64,000 bases of DNA. It comes from Bacilli bacterium (lineage in GTDB: Bacteria; Bacillota_I; Bacilli_A; RFN20; CAG-826). The notes beneath the pieces were generated by a model. It did not search any database. It had not been told where the DNA came from and saw only the letters and a program-made list of their open reading frames with translations. The stretch spans positions 150,006-214,005 of the forward strand of contig JAZQOV010000006.1 in the NCBI GenBank assembly GCA_045628045.1, in the 5' to 3' direction. Shown here piece by piece: positions 62,001 through 64,000 of this stretch; positions within the stretch are counted from its first letter, which is position 1; every line of letters starts with the position of its first letter. Made by a program: the position numbers and the translations under genes.

Positions 62001-63905
62001 TAAAGTAAATATTGTTTTTGTTGCATTAACAATTAAGTGGTCCAATTCAAAAGCTGTGACTGTGACATTGATATTTTTTGTTGGCTCAGTGCCTTCATAT
62101 CCTTGATAATGAGCCGTGACTGTAATTTGTGTTGTGGATGTTGCAACAACGGCGTCAGTACTGAAACTGACCTTTGATGAATCAATTTTTGCTTGCCTTC
62201 CTGAATCCATTGTTCCAACAATTGAAAGGCCGCCGAAATTCCAGGTTTCATTTGTTAAATATGATTTTTTGGTCATATCGCATCCTTCAGTGAATGCAAT
62301 TGATACGACAGTATCATTAACAACTGTAACTCCTGTGATTATTACTGTGAATTCACCATCAGCACATGAATATGTACCGGTTGGATTTGATCCAGCTACC
62401 AATGCATTCCATGAAATATCATTAGCGGTAATTACTACATCGTCGTGATCACCTTCTGACCAAGTTGGTGCAAAAGAGAAACCTTGAGGGTCAAATGCAT
62501 CACCGACATATTGTTTTGCAACGATTTCGCCTGTTGCAGATGCTGTAACACCAGTAATATTTGCGATTTGAGCAGCTTGTACTGAATAAACAACTATTGC
62601 TGTTTTTGATGAATTACCAGTTGCAGTAGCTGTAAATTGAATTGTTCCTTCAACGACGTTGTTTGCATCAATTGCTAATTCATGTGTTGAAGGATCATAA
62701 GTGTATACAATTCCTTCAGTAGCAACTGGATCACTCCAAGAATAATTTTGGTTTGCATTTGCAGGTTCAATTGTGACACCTGGTAATGTTGTTTGTGCAC
62801 CTTTACCAAGAGTGCCTTCTTCATAGTCTAATTCGACTGATTCAACTGCTGCATAGTTAACATTAATTGAATAAGTAGTTGATTTTCCACCCGCATTGAC
62901 TGTAACTGTTTGAGAACCAACAGTGTTAAGTTTGGTTCCTGCGGCAGGAGATGTAGTAATTCCAGTACTTATTTGTTCTTGTGAATCACCATCGCCATTC
63001 GTGTGTGAATAGGTTCCAGTAACAACTAAACCTGTAGTTGCAAAAGAATCACCTAATGTGAATGTTGATTGAGCACCAGAAGCAGATATTGATTGTAAGG
63101 TTTTGGTATCTGCTTTAACTGTAATTGTTTTTGTTGCATCTTCATAGCCATCTTTTTTAGCTGTGATAGTTACGCTAGCACCAGAAGTTGTGCCACCAAC
63201 ACCTGTGACATCACCAGTATTGCTAACTGTTGCAACACCAGTGTTACTTGAAGACCAAGTGACTCCACTTACAGCAGTGCCGTTTGAAGATGCACTTAGT
63301 GTAATTGTTTTTCCGTTATAAACAGTAGAATCACCAGAAATAGACAAAGGTAATGCTGCAGCCTTCTCTTCATAAGTAACCTTAATATCGGATGTAAGTA
63401 AAACACGATCACCACCATTAACGATTTTAAAATATGAATAATTTTTAGTTGTATCAAAAGTTATAGTTTGGCTATTAGCAGTTGATGATAATCCAGTAAT
63501 TGATTTTACATCAACAAAAGTTGAACCGTTGGTGCTTCCTTGCACCTTAAACGAACCATCGGTTTTACTGGATGTTGTTTTACAATCCGCAACATAAACA
63601 GAAGATATTACTCCTGGAAATTCAGTACTAATAATAGTGCCGCTTTTTACTAATTGTATGCAAGAGCCGTTTTTAGCACTAATACTTGAAGCCGTTAAAG
63701 TTACATTGCTTTTGGTATATGAAAGATTGCTTTTCGTACCGCTAGTATATCCAAATCCGTTAATAATATCGTTAAAGTCAATTGTGACACTTCCTGCATT
63801 AACTTCACTAGCCTTATTTCCTGCTGTCACACCGGCGGCGACACCAAGACCCATAGCTAAGCCTAGGAATAAGCCTCCTATTTTTTTGAATATTGATTTT
63901 TTCAT
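59022..63905 (-). CDS. Large surface protein (about 1627 aa) with bacterial Ig-like repeats and a C-terminal membrane anchor
   Basis: GGGAGG RBS before MKKSIF; signal peptide; VTWSSSNTGVATVS (Big_2-like), F.LGD.F...GL.V (Big_3-like); TM plus RKRKEI tail, no LPXTG. Confidence 0.88.
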   Translation of the reverse strand: MKKSIFKKIGGLFLGLAMGLGVAAGVTAGNKASEVNAGSVTIDFNDIINGFGYTSGTKSNLSYTKSNVTLTASSISAKNGSCIQLVKSGTIISTEFPGVISSVYVADCKTTSSKTDGSFKVQGSTNGSTFVDVKSITGLSSTANSQTITFDTTKNYSYFKIVNGGDRVLLTSDIKVTYEEKAAALPLSISGDSTVYNGKTITLSASSNGTAVSGVTWSSSNTGVATVSNTGDVTGVGGTTSGASVTITAKKDGYEDATKTITVKADTKTLQSISASGAQSTFTLGDSFATTGLVVTGTYSHTNGDGDSQEQISTGITTSPAAGTKLNTVGSQTVTVNAGGKSTTYSINVNYAAVESVELDYEEGTLGKGAQTTLPGVTIEPANANQNYSWSDPVATEGIVYTYDPSTHELAIDANNVVEGTIQFTATATGNSSKTAIVVYSVQAAQIANITGVTASATGEIVAKQYVGDAFDPQGFSFAPTWSEGDHDDVVITANDISWNALVAGSNPTGTYSCADGEFTVIITGVTVVNDTVVSIAFTEGCDMTKKSYLTNETWNFGGLSIVGTMDSGRQAKIDSSKVSFSTDAVVATSTTQITVTAHYQGYEGTEPTKNINVTVTAFELDHLIVNATKTIFTLGDQFSFAGTITGYYNDNKTTKTVTSSEVNFEGYDPYTEGTQTVTASLKTNGSVTGTYTITVNKKTLQPGADYYAFADSISVGDTVVFYAPYVKKLMTSISTTSTKYGVAIDVELDSQSHLDVTNGLKFDVIAGSETGSFSFKNGTNYLRWNSGNSLDMAGTDVAKNTSWYIDWSTYSGHTCIKNANDTSRIMLWNYGSPRFACYASQTPKDDTSGYGFVDIYKRCQTQGEQPTAIKLNASPVANLSVNEGDTVSKSHFNVSVLYNTGTSSPITDYSIVNEKYSAGSNEITINYGTFTTKVIVNAAESAHLDHIEVVEGTGTRSFTRGTSFNSTGLKIKAYYSNTDKTKFPDRELSSGFTVTPLTSAQMNVADTYDVSVSYTENGVTKNTIYSVTVTPKVSTSVTIAGDGIEGSNGAYTLASGVTNEVDLTLGCDGDETAEFVQGDQNVVTFANGKLSVNSSTKTNEQITVSFKAGSASATLTVNISAAEGIQLISNNEIVAYVGSSFSYDINIQLNNVESATWTLPQGDFVIESETEDNTGFVGTIYFTDEVLDTLTFSAVTGKGETLSVDIEVLAVNDNIKSISAALKSGVTYTAGQGQTFSKDDLTVTYVRDSGANGTLLSSEFTVSGLPEGSFNRVASYQLTITSAENAEATASVTISVGMPTGENLVTSSTSYTPGTPTTSWSKLTGAGQLDAAEKVYIYNADKGYVSGYSSSDATVVDNLNSCIKFDVIIVDSSEGTFRLCDPTSKKEISSLSSNKFTISADSGKGAVFTVDEDGELVYVDGSGDERRLYANGNYLRCYKTTSSYDPFIVYISKTTPGQGTYNTTYSNNAMTATIYNFIALANETYASVCGSEGNNLKPDLTTWRSVLESDEYEALLADTNSYNLLKSAICGEGAYGPDGVYVASGEKQSSDMVIEFLQKYDRVVSNYATETDYNYLGRSVASSGSRINPIISLENITDSTWIIAVVSLVGLTAIGGYFFYRKRKEI

Positions 63906-64000
63906 AATTTTCCTCCCTTTTGAGTAATGTATGATTGAATCAATTTGACGAATTGTTTCTGAGACGATCTTCTCATACAATTTAATTCGCCAATTAATTT

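Overview
Low-GC, standard-code (TGA = stop, e.g. ATGA overlaps at 1661, 11861, 17666) chromosome segment. The gene set suggests a reduced, Mollicutes-like Bacilli lineage (inference). Positions 1-45.7 kb are housekeeping: stk/stp/rlmN/gmk, the complete atpIBEFHAGDC operon flanked by a PPi-type pfk and a family I ppa, glpK, nagB, proS, coaD, def, rnj, trpS and five tRNAs. Many of these genes appear to be leaderless. From about 45.7 to 58.9 kb, downstream of tRNA-Ser(GGA), lies an accessory island. It carries (i) a radical SAM/SPASM gene split at a U_UUU_UUC heptamer, directly upstream of a 94-aa peptide with 24 Cys in (Asp-Cys)n repeats, a candidate new RiPP or metal-chelator system; (ii) a type II Thoeris-like pair (TM-macro ThsA, TIR ThsB) whose junction is duplicated and reciprocally decayed around a C10-like protease/lipoprotein cassette, with a DUF4365-like nuclease and an unknown gene behind the TIR gene; (iii) pentapeptide-repeat, ATP-grasp and XerC/D-like recombinase genes, with dif-like 11-6-11 sites at several module boundaries; (iv) a type I toxin-like mini-ORF interrupted by TGA-TGA, and an HTH-Fic gene. 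The window ends with a large Ig-repeat surface protein. All family calls are from motif recognition by eye; no searches were run.
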